64,000 bases of DNA from a phage. The stretch lies in NCBI GenBank assembly GCA_025812035.1, contig GCA_025812035.1_4719.1; one strand, given 5' to 3'. This document shows, in pieces, positions 17,216 through 26,278 of this stretch (within the stretch, counting starts at the first letter, position 1; the number at the start of each line of letters is the position of its first letter). The notes beneath the pieces are model-generated. The model saw only the letters and a program-made list of their open reading frames with translations, was not told where the DNA came from and did not search any database. The position numbers were made by a program, and so were the translations under genes.

Positions 17216-17858
17216 GGATTTGTGTTACAGAAAGGGTTTTGTTGTGTTTTAAGAAGGGATGGATAGTGATGTTATCTGAAAGGAGGATTTCAAGAAAGGT
17301 CTTGATTGAAGTAGGTGGAGTAAGTGAAGAGGTGAATAAACGAGAAGGGTTAGTTTGGTTGATGTAAGATGTTATCTTGTTATTGTTTTCATGTTTATCT
17401 TAGGTTATGTCTTAATTGTTCATATTCCTGATTGTTTAAGTTGTCTTATTTATCTTGTTTATATAAATAAAATTAAATTATAAAGTCAATCAACATGCTT
17501 ATAAGTTGGATAACTCAAAAAAACCATTTGTGATACTCTTCTTCACGTTGTTCATCAGAGTATCTCGTCTATACTCATTGCATTCGTATACGACATAACC
17601 GTTATACGCTAACGCTACGCTTATAGCTTGATAACTCTAAGGATAAAAACATAAACTCGCTTCGCTCGTTTAGTTTTTCTTTTTCTTAGAGTTATCTTGT
17701 TGCTCGTCTCTAAAGGACTTCGCTCCTCCCCCGTCCCCCGAAGGGGCCGAGGTCGTGGAAATTTTACTTTCCAAATACATTTACAACATCTGTAAACTTT
17801 TACTCCAGGTACTTAATCTTATCATTAGAAATTATCAAAGAGAATAATGACAGCATAA
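17216..17858. other. large noncoding region: candidate replication origin or noncoding RNA locus
   Basis: No ORF. C-depleted purine-rich stretch, AT-rich block (17455-17490), and five or more TTATCTT-type repeats. Confidence 0.35.
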
Positions 17859-17890
17859 CCTTCCTCCAACCCAACAGGGAAGGAGGAAGG
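17859..17890. terminator. conserved two-tier GC hairpin (family copy 4)
   Basis: CCTTCCTCC-AACCCAACAGGGAA-GGAGGAAGG, 3' of the 17906-18799 gene. Confidence 0.5.
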
Positions 17891-17905
17891 GAGAGATTAA
17901 TTCAA

Positions 17906-18799
17906 TTAATCGACAGTGTTATAACCGAATACAGCTTTACCGTAAGTGTGAGTACCGTCGGTTAACGACACCACTAGTACGTGGTTGTATGCGTCGTTAA
18001 CACCCTTGTCAGTAGACCCTGTGGTAGCTCCGTTATAGACAAAGGTAGCTGTTTGCAGGTTGGCTTTCAGCTCGTTAGTGATATCATCGCTGACACCCGT
18101 CTGCTCTTTGATCAGCGTAGTCAGGTTACCTGCCAGGCTTTCACCGATCTTGGTTTCGTTACTGGTGATCGCCTGTAAACCTGTAGTGTAGGAGCTGAAG
18201 TCTAACGGATAGGTTAACAGACGCGCTGAGGTCTTGGTACCATCACCTTCATCAACGTAGGTTAAGTTACCCAGGTTGGTAACCTTGATGATGTTAGACA
18301 GATCCAGCGTTGTGTTATAAACTTTAACTTGAACAGAGCCGTACCACGCCAATGAATCTTCTTTGGCTTCCAGGGTGATCGTCTGGATACCCGATTGCTC
18401 AAAGGTAACCGGCGTAGCTAACGTTTCGGCTTTGATGTCTTTTGCTTTATCCAGGAACTTATCACCAGATGGCGTGATCATACCGTAGCGTTTCGCTACA
18501 AGGTCAACCACATCACCGATGGTGGTGTTCGCATCAACGTTAACACGCACCGCGATCTTCTGGAACCACTTAGCCAGATCCAGACGATGGTAGGTAACAT
18601 CGCGGTTATTGAAGTAAGGAGTACCTTCACCAGGACTGAGTGTTAAAGTTGCTTCTGGAGCAGAAGCGCTTTTAGATTTAAGGACGTATTTAAGGTCGGT
18701 ATATTTAAAGCTGGCACCAGTGTCGGCGTTAAGCTGGTTGATCTCATCAACGATAAGCTGCCATGGTGTTTTTAAAGTAAGCGATACTTGAGCTGTCAT
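17906..18799 (-). CDS. probable abundant virion protein (unknown function)
   Basis: Optimised codon usage and a monocistronic layout. ORF track start at 18832 is TTG; the ATG at 18799 has SD GAGGAAG. Confidence 0.6.
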   Translation of the reverse strand: MTAQVSLTLKTPWQLIVDEINQLNADTGASFKYTDLKYVLKSKSASAPEATLTLSPGEGTPYFNNRDVTYHRLDLAKWFQKIAVRVNVDANTTIGDVVDLVAKRYGMITPSGDKFLDKAKDIKAETLATPVTFEQSGIQTITLEAKEDSLAWYGSVQVKVYNTTLDLSNIIKVTNLGNLTYVDEGDGTKTSARLLTYPLDFSSYTTGLQAITSNETKIGESLAGNLTTLIKEQTGVSDDITNELKANLQTATFVYNGATTGSTDKGVNDAYNHVLVVSLTDGTHTYGKAVFGYNTVD

Positions 18800-18854
18800 T
18801 TTCTTCCTCGATAGTTTGTACATCACTCTCAAAAGATGTAAGTGTTTACAGAAA

Positions 18855-18873
18855 TTAATATATTTTATATTAA
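18855..18873. promoter_or_regulatory. AT-rich perfect palindrome TTAATATA-TTT-TATATTAA in divergent promoter region
   Basis: 8-bp inverted repeat with 3-nt spacer between two divergent, codon-optimised genes. A TATAAAATA element is adjacent. Confidence 0.4.
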
Positions 18874-18942
18874 ATGTGAATATTATGGAGAACGACTCCG
18901 AATCTCCTTTTCGACCATCAAAAAATCAGAGGACACACAATC

Positions 18943-19485
18943 ATGGCCTTAGACTTTAACAAAGCAGCGAAATCCCTTCTGCTCGATCTCATCAACACCA
19001 AAGCAACCCGCGCACTGTCCGAAGAAGAACTGCAGTTCGGTACTCCGACAGCATCTTCCGAACATGAAAAGAACACCGTTATCCAGCTGAATGCTGCGCC
19101 TGAAGCAGCTAACCTGCAGGGTACCTAGCAGTTCTTCTACAATCGTCTGGCTCTGTCCGAAGTTTTCGCTGACGTAACCGGTGATGTTACTTTCGAACTG
19201 CCGCACGGTACTGACAGCATTCAGGCTTCTGAGCTGGTAAGCAAGCTGGTCACCAAATTCGGTCTGGCTTCCCTGACCGGTGAAATCAATGAAGAAACCT
19301 TCCAGCTGTCTGCGGGTACTGTTGGTCAGGTAACCCTGACTGCGATCGAGGGTGGTATGGTATATACCGGCACTCTGCAGGTTGCACTGACTTATGCAGC
19401 AGCACCAAAAGACGAACTGGCAACCGTTCTGGCGAATAACGTAGCTGAAGGTTTCGAGAAACCGACCGTTAGCGTTGTTGGCTAA
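18943..19485 (+). CDS. highly codon-optimised 181-codon gene interrupted by in-frame amber codon (TAG at 19126-19128)
   Basis: SD GAGGA, ATG at 18943, frame open to the double stop TAATAA at 19483-19488 except for one TAG. No ATG in the 119 codons after the TAG. Confidence 0.6.
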
Positions 19486-19682
19486 TAAGCGCATAGAGCA
19501 ATAGTATGGGTTTTGTACAGCTCGGCTATTGCTCTTCTACAATTTGGTTGTAACAATCTGCGTGGTTGCACGCTTATCTTTTTCATTGAGCGCTTCGTAT
19601 GAAGCGTAGTGTTGAAAGGGTTGTGGATCTCCTCAAGCGGCCAGGGACCCAGACCAACCTAAATAAACACAAACAAATCTTA

Positions 19683-19720
19683 AGCCCCTCCTCAGCCCTT
19701 ATCGGGTTGGGGAGGGGTCT
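19683..19720. terminator. conserved two-tier GC hairpin (family copy 5)
   Basis: AGCCCCTCC ... CCCTTATCGGG ... GGAGGGG between convergent genes. Confidence 0.45.
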
Positions 19721-19781
19721 TATTACGTCTTTATGCGTTTCGTTCGTTCTGGTGTGCTTTAGAACGGTTTATGGTAGAGTT

Positions 19782-20417
19782 TTATTCAACACTGAAACCA
19801 TTCAAGCAGATAGCTTCATAACGCTTACGTTCACGGCGTTTGCGTGCTTGCCATCCGTAAATGAATTTCTCGTCTTTCTCACGACGCTCAGCCAATTCGA
19901 TGTAATAGGTGCTCTGCATGTCCAGCATCGCATCGATGAGATAATCCTTACCGGTTGCGCCACGCTTAGCGATGTAGGCATCAAGAGCCGCCAGTGTTTT
20001 GGGACCCATTGCGCCATCAGCGTCGATATTTTTCCAGTAAGTTTGGCGGTTGTTCATGACGTTCAGATAACGCTGAAGGTTCTTAACCGGTACGGTTTTG
20101 CCTGCGTTGATGCCCAGGTCAAAGAGACGATCAGCCAAGAACACGGAACGTTTCATGACCTCATCAAGCTTCATCTTATCCCAGAAGTGGGTCTTGTAGA
20201 TGAAGAACGCCATTTCCGTGGTAAGGTTACGCATATTACCGTCCCACCCGAATTTCGTTTTCAGCGTGGTTTTGTATTGGTTGGCAAGCGCTTGCGTAAT
20301 GCCGTGGTTAGTGATTCCGCCCGAGTCATCGGGATCGTCGACGTAACCTGCTTCGATGCTAGTTTTATCATGAATGATAAATTCGCAAGTAAAATCTTTT
20401 TCAGTAATCTTGGCCAT
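19782..20417 (-). CDS. endolysin, GH108-type lysozyme with PG_binding_3 domain
   Basis: EAGYVDDPDDSGGITNHGITQ matches the GH108 N-terminal signature. DADGAMGPKTLAAL matches the peptidoglycan-binding motif. Confidence 0.8.
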   Translation of the reverse strand: MAKITEKDFTCEFIIHDKTSIEAGYVDDPDDSGGITNHGITQALANQYKTTLKTKFGWDGNMRNLTTEMAFFIYKTHFWDKMKLDEVMKRSVFLADRLFDLGINAGKTVPVKNLQRYLNVMNNRQTYWKNIDADGAMGPKTLAALDAYIAKRGATGKDYLIDAMLDMQSTYYIELAERREKDEKFIYGWQARKRRERKRYEAICLNGFSVE

Positions 20418-20542
20418 TAGAACTCCTCGTTGGAATAACGTTTTAGAGGAACAGGGAAGCCCTAGAACACGATAAACGATTTAATCCAGGCAAACCCAGA
20501 CTAAACTTTTCTAAGCGTTAGAACGCGTTCTAGAGCGCAATA

Positions 20543-22591
20543 TCAAATACCTTTGGTTCCCTTCACGTGATGTGCAATTTCTTCAACCATTGCACGCAAC
20601 GCACGAAGCTGCTGGTCGTGTTCGTACCAACCACCCAACAGAACCCCGCTGTACACCATGGTGTCAAGACTTAACAGTCCTTTATCTGATACGTTGATCA
20701 TTTCCGGGAACTGTTCTTGAACACGCTGTGCGATGACACCGATCTTCTCTACATCAGGATCGTAGTTGTGACGGAAACGGGCAAGCCCGCTGCGCGCCAT
20801 TTCACGTAAACGTTCGCTAAGAGATTCCGGATGGTCTTTCAGGTAACGGATGTCATGTTTACTACGCTCATCTGAACGGATGTATGCGTTAGGAACATCG
20901 ATGTTACTGTTGAAGTACAGCGCGCTACCACCACCTGCAGAGTTACCCCAATAGAAGCGTGTGATCTCGCCACCACCATTTTCCGTGATGATAACATGTT
21001 TACCTAAACGCGTGCCACCATTGCCGTCAACGAAGACCAGTTTGTTTCCACTGTAAGAACCCCAGAACAAACGGGTATCGATGATGTGCGTTGCAGCGAG
21101 ACGAGCGTTACGCGGTGTAGAATACACAGTGTTAACATCTTGCTGTGCTTGCGCATCGGAAGCGATACCGTAGTTCTGTACATTACCTAACCCCACCTGC
21201 GCTTTCGTAACAGCGTGTGGGTTATCTCGACGGTTAGCGTGAGCGTTAACCAGATCGCCCGCCAGTTTTTGAATAGCCCAGTTGGTAGACTGTGGTGTCA
21301 TGTAGCGGTTCGTTGCAGAACCACCTTGCGCCTCAGCTTGGTTAGCGGTTGGGTAGTTCTCAACGCTTCCTAACCCCACTTGTGCTTTAGACACTTGGTG
21401 CGGGTTGTTCTTGTCAGCGATGTGTGCATTAAGCGGAACTAACGCAAAGGTCTCGATGGACGCTTTGGTTGTGTTCGGTGCCATTAATCGGTTAGCTGCA
21501 ACACCGGCACGCGCTTCATCCTCAGACGCCATTGGGTAGTCTTGCACGTTACCCAACCCAACCTGCGCTTTGGTTACTCTGTGTGGGTTGTTGTAATCGG
21601 CTTTATGTGCGTTAAGCGGAATCAATGCGAACTGTTCGATCGCTGCAACGGTACGTAGCGGCGTCATGAAACGGTTGTTCGCGGTTCCGCCCTTCGCCTC
21701 GCTATCCGAAGCGGTTGGGAAGTTATCAACGTTCCCAAGGTTAACCTGTGCTTTGGTGACGCTATGCGGGTTATCTTTACGGTTAGCGTGAGCATCGACT
21801 AGGTCACCAGCCAGTTTAGCGATTGCCCATCCAACCGTTTGTGCGGTCATGTATCGGTCGGGTGCGGTACCGGCTTCTGACTCCGCCTTGTTTGCGGTAG
21901 GATAGTTCTGTACATTACCTAACCCAACTTGGGCTTTGGTGGTTTCGTGCGGGTTATCGGTACGGTTAGCATGCGCGTAATGCAGATCGGTAAGATTTTT
22001 ATCCGCTGCTTGCATGTCTTTGCGTAACTGATCGATTGCTGCCCAGAGACGGTTATCGGACGCAGCGTCACCGATAAGTATCGCGGCTTTCAGCGAATAG
22101 ATCGCTAAGCAAAGATGTTCGGTACCGTAGATAGCACTAACGTGGTGGATGTGTGGTTCAGGCGGATAAAGTTCCGGTTTGTTCTTGATATCATCCCAGT
22201 TGATCGGTCGATCGTCAAGTTTGAGTTCTTCGATAGCCTGATATAACGCGTCAATAAGACTTACGTAAACACCACCGATGATACGATAGTCGTTAACTAA
22301 CGTACCCTCGATGTCGTCGTTGATGATGGCGATGGCTGCACAGATTTCTTTACCAGCGTAAAGTGTAGCGTCCTGATACAAGAAGATGGGTTTATAATCC
22401 ACGCCTCGCACCAGTGTCTTACCGGTAAGCTTTTCGGTGATAACCAGACTTTCGGTGAAGAACGGTCCGCCATCGAGGGCGTAACATTTATTCTCGGTTC
22501 GTGGAACGGTATGCTCTTCACCAACGATGTGGTTGCTATCGAGTGTACCGGTCCAGTCCTCGGGGTACTTCAGGGTAATTGGTGTTGACAT
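20543..22591 (-). CDS. tail fibre protein with C-terminal intramolecular chaperone (peptidase S74-like) domain
   Basis: Five or more repeats of NPHxVTKAQVGLGNVxNY. C-terminal SDERSKHDI and IGVIAQRVQEQFPEMI match the self-cleaving chaperone domain of endosialidase-type fibres. Confidence 0.8.
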   Translation of the reverse strand: MSTPITLKYPEDWTGTLDSNHIVGEEHTVPRTENKCYALDGGPFFTESLVITEKLTGKTLVRGVDYKPIFLYQDATLYAGKEICAAIAIINDDIEGTLVNDYRIIGGVYVSLIDALYQAIEELKLDDRPINWDDIKNKPELYPPEPHIHHVSAIYGTEHLCLAIYSLKAAILIGDAASDNRLWAAIDQLRKDMQAADKNLTDLHYAHANRTDNPHETTKAQVGLGNVQNYPTANKAESEAGTAPDRYMTAQTVGWAIAKLAGDLVDAHANRKDNPHSVTKAQVNLGNVDNFPTASDSEAKGGTANNRFMTPLRTVAAIEQFALIPLNAHKADYNNPHRVTKAQVGLGNVQDYPMASEDEARAGVAANRLMAPNTTKASIETFALVPLNAHIADKNNPHQVSKAQVGLGSVENYPTANQAEAQGGSATNRYMTPQSTNWAIQKLAGDLVNAHANRRDNPHAVTKAQVGLGNVQNYGIASDAQAQQDVNTVYSTPRNARLAATHIIDTRLFWGSYSGNKLVFVDGNGGTRLGKHVIITENGGGEITRFYWGNSAGGGSALYFNSNIDVPNAYIRSDERSKHDIRYLKDHPESLSERLREMARSGLARFRHNYDPDVEKIGVIAQRVQEQFPEMINVSDKGLLSLDTMVYSGVLLGGWYEHDQQLRALRAMVEEIAHHVKGTKGI

Positions 22592-22604
22592 AACCTGGAG
22601 GTCC

Positions 22605-25208
22605 TTATAACGTGACTGTACCTAATTTGGTTGTCTTATTGAGATTAATGACAGAGATCTGGGTATCGCTGGTCGTAATCGTTCCGATATTAACGCGCTG
22701 TCCTTTATCATCCTCTTGCTTGTGGATGGTTAACTCCAGCTCTAACTGGTTACCGTTAGGAACAACGGAAACGTACCATGTTTTATTACCCGGGGAGCTA
22801 TTATAGTCTTTTAGGTTATAATGGCCTTTAGGTAGGGTCATGACTTTACCAGCAAACAGGCAGGTGATATCTTCGTTGATGTAGATATCGTAGCCGGAAG
22901 CGGCAACGACCGTAGAAACCATATAACGATTTTTAACAGCGATGGCTGTATATTCCGCAACGGAATTACCGACAGCGTTAAAGACCTGACCGCCATTACC
23001 CATCACCGTAGAGACGGCGGTATCAACATAACCGATTCCCCACACCGGATGTACGTTCCAGCGATAGCCGCTTGTCTGTAGATAAGCATACATGCCTTCG
23101 AATGCGATGGTTGTCCAGTTCCCATCGTTCTGTCGCCCAGCTCGGAACTGATAAGTGTTCTGGTTCCCTGCGGACTGACGAGAATACGGAACATGTCCCG
23201 CAACAAGCCATCCATCACTCACCTTCTTGTAAGCTAATACACCCCAGGCAGCATCCTGACTACCGATATTTGTTGAATCGGGTTCTTCGACATAACCCAG
23301 CAATTTGGTTACGCCCGTCACCGTAATAGCACCTTTACGTGCGGATACGGTAACCTCTGCAGCGATTCGTCCATGTACGCGTGTGCTGGTATTACAACCA
23401 GCAACAAACAGGATACAGGGCGCGTTTGTACCATCTGGAGGCACTGCTAACGCATGTCGCCACTGACTTACCCCCGATAACTTAGATCCTGTATATGCGT
23501 TCCACACAAGCTGACCGCCCGCCTGCAGATTCGCTGCGGTTATGCTGATGGCTTCACCGGATGGTGCAAGTTTGGTTGCATCGTAACCGATTTTGCTTGT
23601 TAGGACCGCATCGGTTAAATAAGACCCGCTAACCACCGTATTGTCATCGCTTAAATGCACGGTTAGGAAAGGTAACGACATTTGACCCGTTCTAACCACC
23701 ACGTTGTTGGAAGGCGGAAAACCGTAAACATTAATACCCTCGCCCTGATAATGGTAATTGAGGTTCCAGTCATAGGTCACTAGACGAGCCTCAAAATTAC
23801 CCTGTCCGCCAGCCGTACGCGAGTTAACAAAAACCTTGTTTTTAGAAAAGAAACCCAGGTAACCATGGGACGCGAGTGCACCAACGACGCGATCCCCGAC
23901 GCTTTTCCAGTTTGAATCGTACTGTCTTCCACCGGTCGGGCCGAGTTTGGCGAGTTCGTCGAACACGTTTCCAGAGAAACCTTTGATGGTGTACGATCTC
24001 GCTTGGGGGGCGGATAAGTTATCGTTTTGGATAAGAGCTACCTGACCACGTTCGTTGATTTCGATATTCCCGGTACCGTTACCCGAACCCCATTGCCAGA
24101 AACCATCGTTATATGCACTTGTCCCCTCCGTTGTGTTAGAAGGTCCTATCCAGTCAATACCGCTGCTGGTTGACGTGTAAGTCGATTGTCCAGCGCCTGG
24201 GTTCATGCTGTAACTGTTGTTGGCGGTTTCAAAATCCAGATAAAACTGATGCAGCCCATTTTTATTCTTGTTATTGCGGTTGTTCGTCCACCATGCCGAA
24301 GCAATCAGAATGCGTGCTTTAGTGCCTTTGGTTGCTGCGAGCAGACGAATCTGAGCACGCCAGACGGTTTGACCGATCCCGTCAGAAGGGAAATCGTTCG
24401 CAGTTATGCGGTTGCAGACAATCATCTCGGCGCTGTTGCTTATTGCCGTTCCTTCTATCGTTCTACCGCTGATGTTCGTAAGTTGCGTAGCCGCCACACT
24501 ACCACCGTTAGGTCCGATGGAAGATTTGGTTACGGTATAAACGTTGATGTAAAGTTTATAGCCGTTGCCGTTCGCAATAGCAATATAGATTTTACCGTTG
24601 ATTTCCCAGCAACAGACATTAGGTGAGGTGTCTATGAAGCTGGCGAGACTACCATCGAGGTACGCTGCTATATGCTTGCTTGAATCAAACGTCCCGTCGG
24701 TCAATGCAATAAACATTTTAGGGCTGCTACCGTCTTCAAAAGCAGCTTGACCTAACATGATACCGTTCTGGTGGCAGTATATCACAGTAGGAATACGATC
24801 GAGCGTCGCGGGCTCATAACGACGACTGGTTGGGATAACTTCGGTGATTTGCCCGTTTTGATCTGTTTTACAGATAACGTAGTAAACCCCTTTCTTTACG
24901 CTGTTCGTTGCTGAACGCAATAACACGATGGTACCGTCCGATTCACGACATACGCCGTAACGACGGTATTTGTCGTTTAGGGAGATAGCACCATCAGCGG
25001 AGCCTTCAATTGCCAGAGGAAAATAACTTTGGTCCCCAACCTGTTCGATATCGGTTACGCTGATATCGATGTATTTTTCCATCTCGGTGTTGAACTCAGC
25101 GGTACTGTAGGCCCCAAGATCACTCGCTTTTAGTCCCGTTGGGTTGTCGCGACTGGCGATACGCGTATTAACGCTACTCACCAGTTCGCTGAACTTTTTC
25201 ATTGCCAT
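22605..25208 (-). CDS. putative tail fibre / receptor-binding protein (867 aa)
   Basis: N-terminal SELVSSVNTRIASRDNP motif shared with the neighbouring small fibre genes. Lies within the fibre cluster. Confidence 0.5.
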   Translation of the reverse strand: MAMKKFSELVSSVNTRIASRDNPTGLKASDLGAYSTAEFNTEMEKYIDISVTDIEQVGDQSYFPLAIEGSADGAISLNDKYRRYGVCRESDGTIVLLRSATNSVKKGVYYVICKTDQNGQITEVIPTSRRYEPATLDRIPTVIYCHQNGIMLGQAAFEDGSSPKMFIALTDGTFDSSKHIAAYLDGSLASFIDTSPNVCCWEINGKIYIAIANGNGYKLYINVYTVTKSSIGPNGGSVAATQLTNISGRTIEGTAISNSAEMIVCNRITANDFPSDGIGQTVWRAQIRLLAATKGTKARILIASAWWTNNRNNKNKNGLHQFYLDFETANNSYSMNPGAGQSTYTSTSSGIDWIGPSNTTEGTSAYNDGFWQWGSGNGTGNIEINERGQVALIQNDNLSAPQARSYTIKGFSGNVFDELAKLGPTGGRQYDSNWKSVGDRVVGALASHGYLGFFSKNKVFVNSRTAGGQGNFEARLVTYDWNLNYHYQGEGINVYGFPPSNNVVVRTGQMSLPFLTVHLSDDNTVVSGSYLTDAVLTSKIGYDATKLAPSGEAISITAANLQAGGQLVWNAYTGSKLSGVSQWRHALAVPPDGTNAPCILFVAGCNTSTRVHGRIAAEVTVSARKGAITVTGVTKLLGYVEEPDSTNIGSQDAAWGVLAYKKVSDGWLVAGHVPYSRQSAGNQNTYQFRAGRQNDGNWTTIAFEGMYAYLQTSGYRWNVHPVWGIGYVDTAVSTVMGNGGQVFNAVGNSVAEYTAIAVKNRYMVSTVVAASGYDIYINEDITCLFAGKVMTLPKGHYNLKDYNSSPGNKTWYVSVVPNGNQLELELTIHKQEDDKGQRVNIGTITTSDTQISVINLNKTTKLGTVTL

Positions 25209-25220
25209 TATTCACCTCGA

Positions 25221-25706
25221 TTAAATAGGCGAGTCGGGAAGCTGACCGTCATCGATCTCGATGGTGGCCACCTTACGTGTTGCAGCAAGATGCGATGTAC
25301 CCTGGACTTTGTTCCAGGTACCGATACGCATGGTGTTTTTGTAGTTGCTATCGCTATCGTTCAGCGTGTAAACAAAACCACGATCGGTTACGGCAAGATA
25401 GATCCAGCCCACAGACTCACTGATACCAGACACATCCAAAGTCGTTGCTGGTACTGTCCCTATCATCGTGTTGTATTCCGCTGTACCTTGACCAATACTG
25501 ATCTGCCCGTTGCTGTAACTGGCTACCGGAAGCGTTTTATTTCGACTGAAGAAAAGAAACGGAAGGTAACGCTGAGTAACAAGCGGTGCAAGTTTAGGGG
25601 CCACTTCGGTCTTAACGTAGACATTTGTTTGTGCTGGCGTTACCTCGTGAGGGTTCTTTTGGGTGAGATACGCTCCCCATTCAGAAAGCAATATTGATAG
25701 CTTCAT
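25221..25706 (-). CDS. small tail-fibre-family protein
   Basis: N-terminal KNPHEVTPAQ motif related to the fibre repeats. Confidence 0.5.
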   Translation of the reverse strand: MKLSILLSEWGAYLTQKNPHEVTPAQTNVYVKTEVAPKLAPLVTQRYLPFLFFSRNKTLPVASYSNGQISIGQGTAEYNTMIGTVPATTLDVSGISESVGWIYLAVTDRGFVYTLNDSDSNYKNTMRIGTWNKVQGTSHLAATRKVATIEIDDGQLPDSPI

Positions 25707-25710
25707 GTGG

Positions 25711-26226
25711 TTACCCCATGTAACGTTTTTGGCCGAGGATGAAGACTTTGTTGAATACCACTGAAGTGATTCCTGATGCGTTACAGCTCACCTGCCCGAC
25801 GCGAATAGCTGTTGACGTATCGACCCCAGCACTACTCTGCCAGATCCAATCGATCGATCCGTCTTTCTGGCGAATGAAAAGATAACCGGTCTTGTTCGCC
25901 CAGTCGGAAGTAAGATTTTTGATGTCTAGCGTTCCTTTCGCCAGAATATAGTCGGTACCCGCAATCATGACAGGTATTTCAGGATACGAGATTACCGTAC
26001 CGCTAGCGGTAACGTTGCTGATACGATCGTTACGAATATCAGTGCAATCACCGAAATACGCTACGGGGAGTATCCCCTTGGGTAGTTTTTGTTCGATTCT
26101 CGTATCGATCGTGTTTTTATCGGGTGCGTCTATTTGCGCTGCGGTGACTTGGTTGGGGTTATCCTTCCTTGTGTACCATGTCGTCATGCGAGCACCCAAC
26201 TCACTCATTTTTGTGCCCATTTTCAC
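25711..26226 (-). CDS. small tail-fibre-family protein
   Basis: N-terminal RKDNPNQVTAAQI motif. Paralogous to 25221-25706. Confidence 0.5.
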   Translation of the reverse strand: MKMGTKMSELGARMTTWYTRKDNPNQVTAAQIDAPDKNTIDTRIEQKLPKGILPVAYFGDCTDIRNDRISNVTASGTVISYPEIPVMIAGTDYILAKGTLDIKNLTSDWANKTGYLFIRQKDGSIDWIWQSSAGVDTSTAIRVGQVSCNASGITSVVFNKVFILGQKRYMG

Positions 26227-26278
26227 GTCCTATCGAAAAAATAAAAAGATGGAAAGGTGGGCAGAACCCACCCATCCG

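Noticed and set aside
17107-17905. tRNA genes in the large intergenic region and other gaps
   Set aside because: I found no GTTCRANYC T-loop or cloverleaf-compatible segment by eye. A tRNAscan run would be needed to exclude them formally.
18949-19494. 181-aa minus-strand ORF
   Set aside because: Antisense mirror of the codon-optimised plus-strand gene. The plus strand has the RBS, optimal codons and a double stop.
19599-20420. 273-aa plus-strand ORF
   Set aside because: Antisense to the GH108 endolysin, which has clear catalytic and peptidoglycan-binding motifs.
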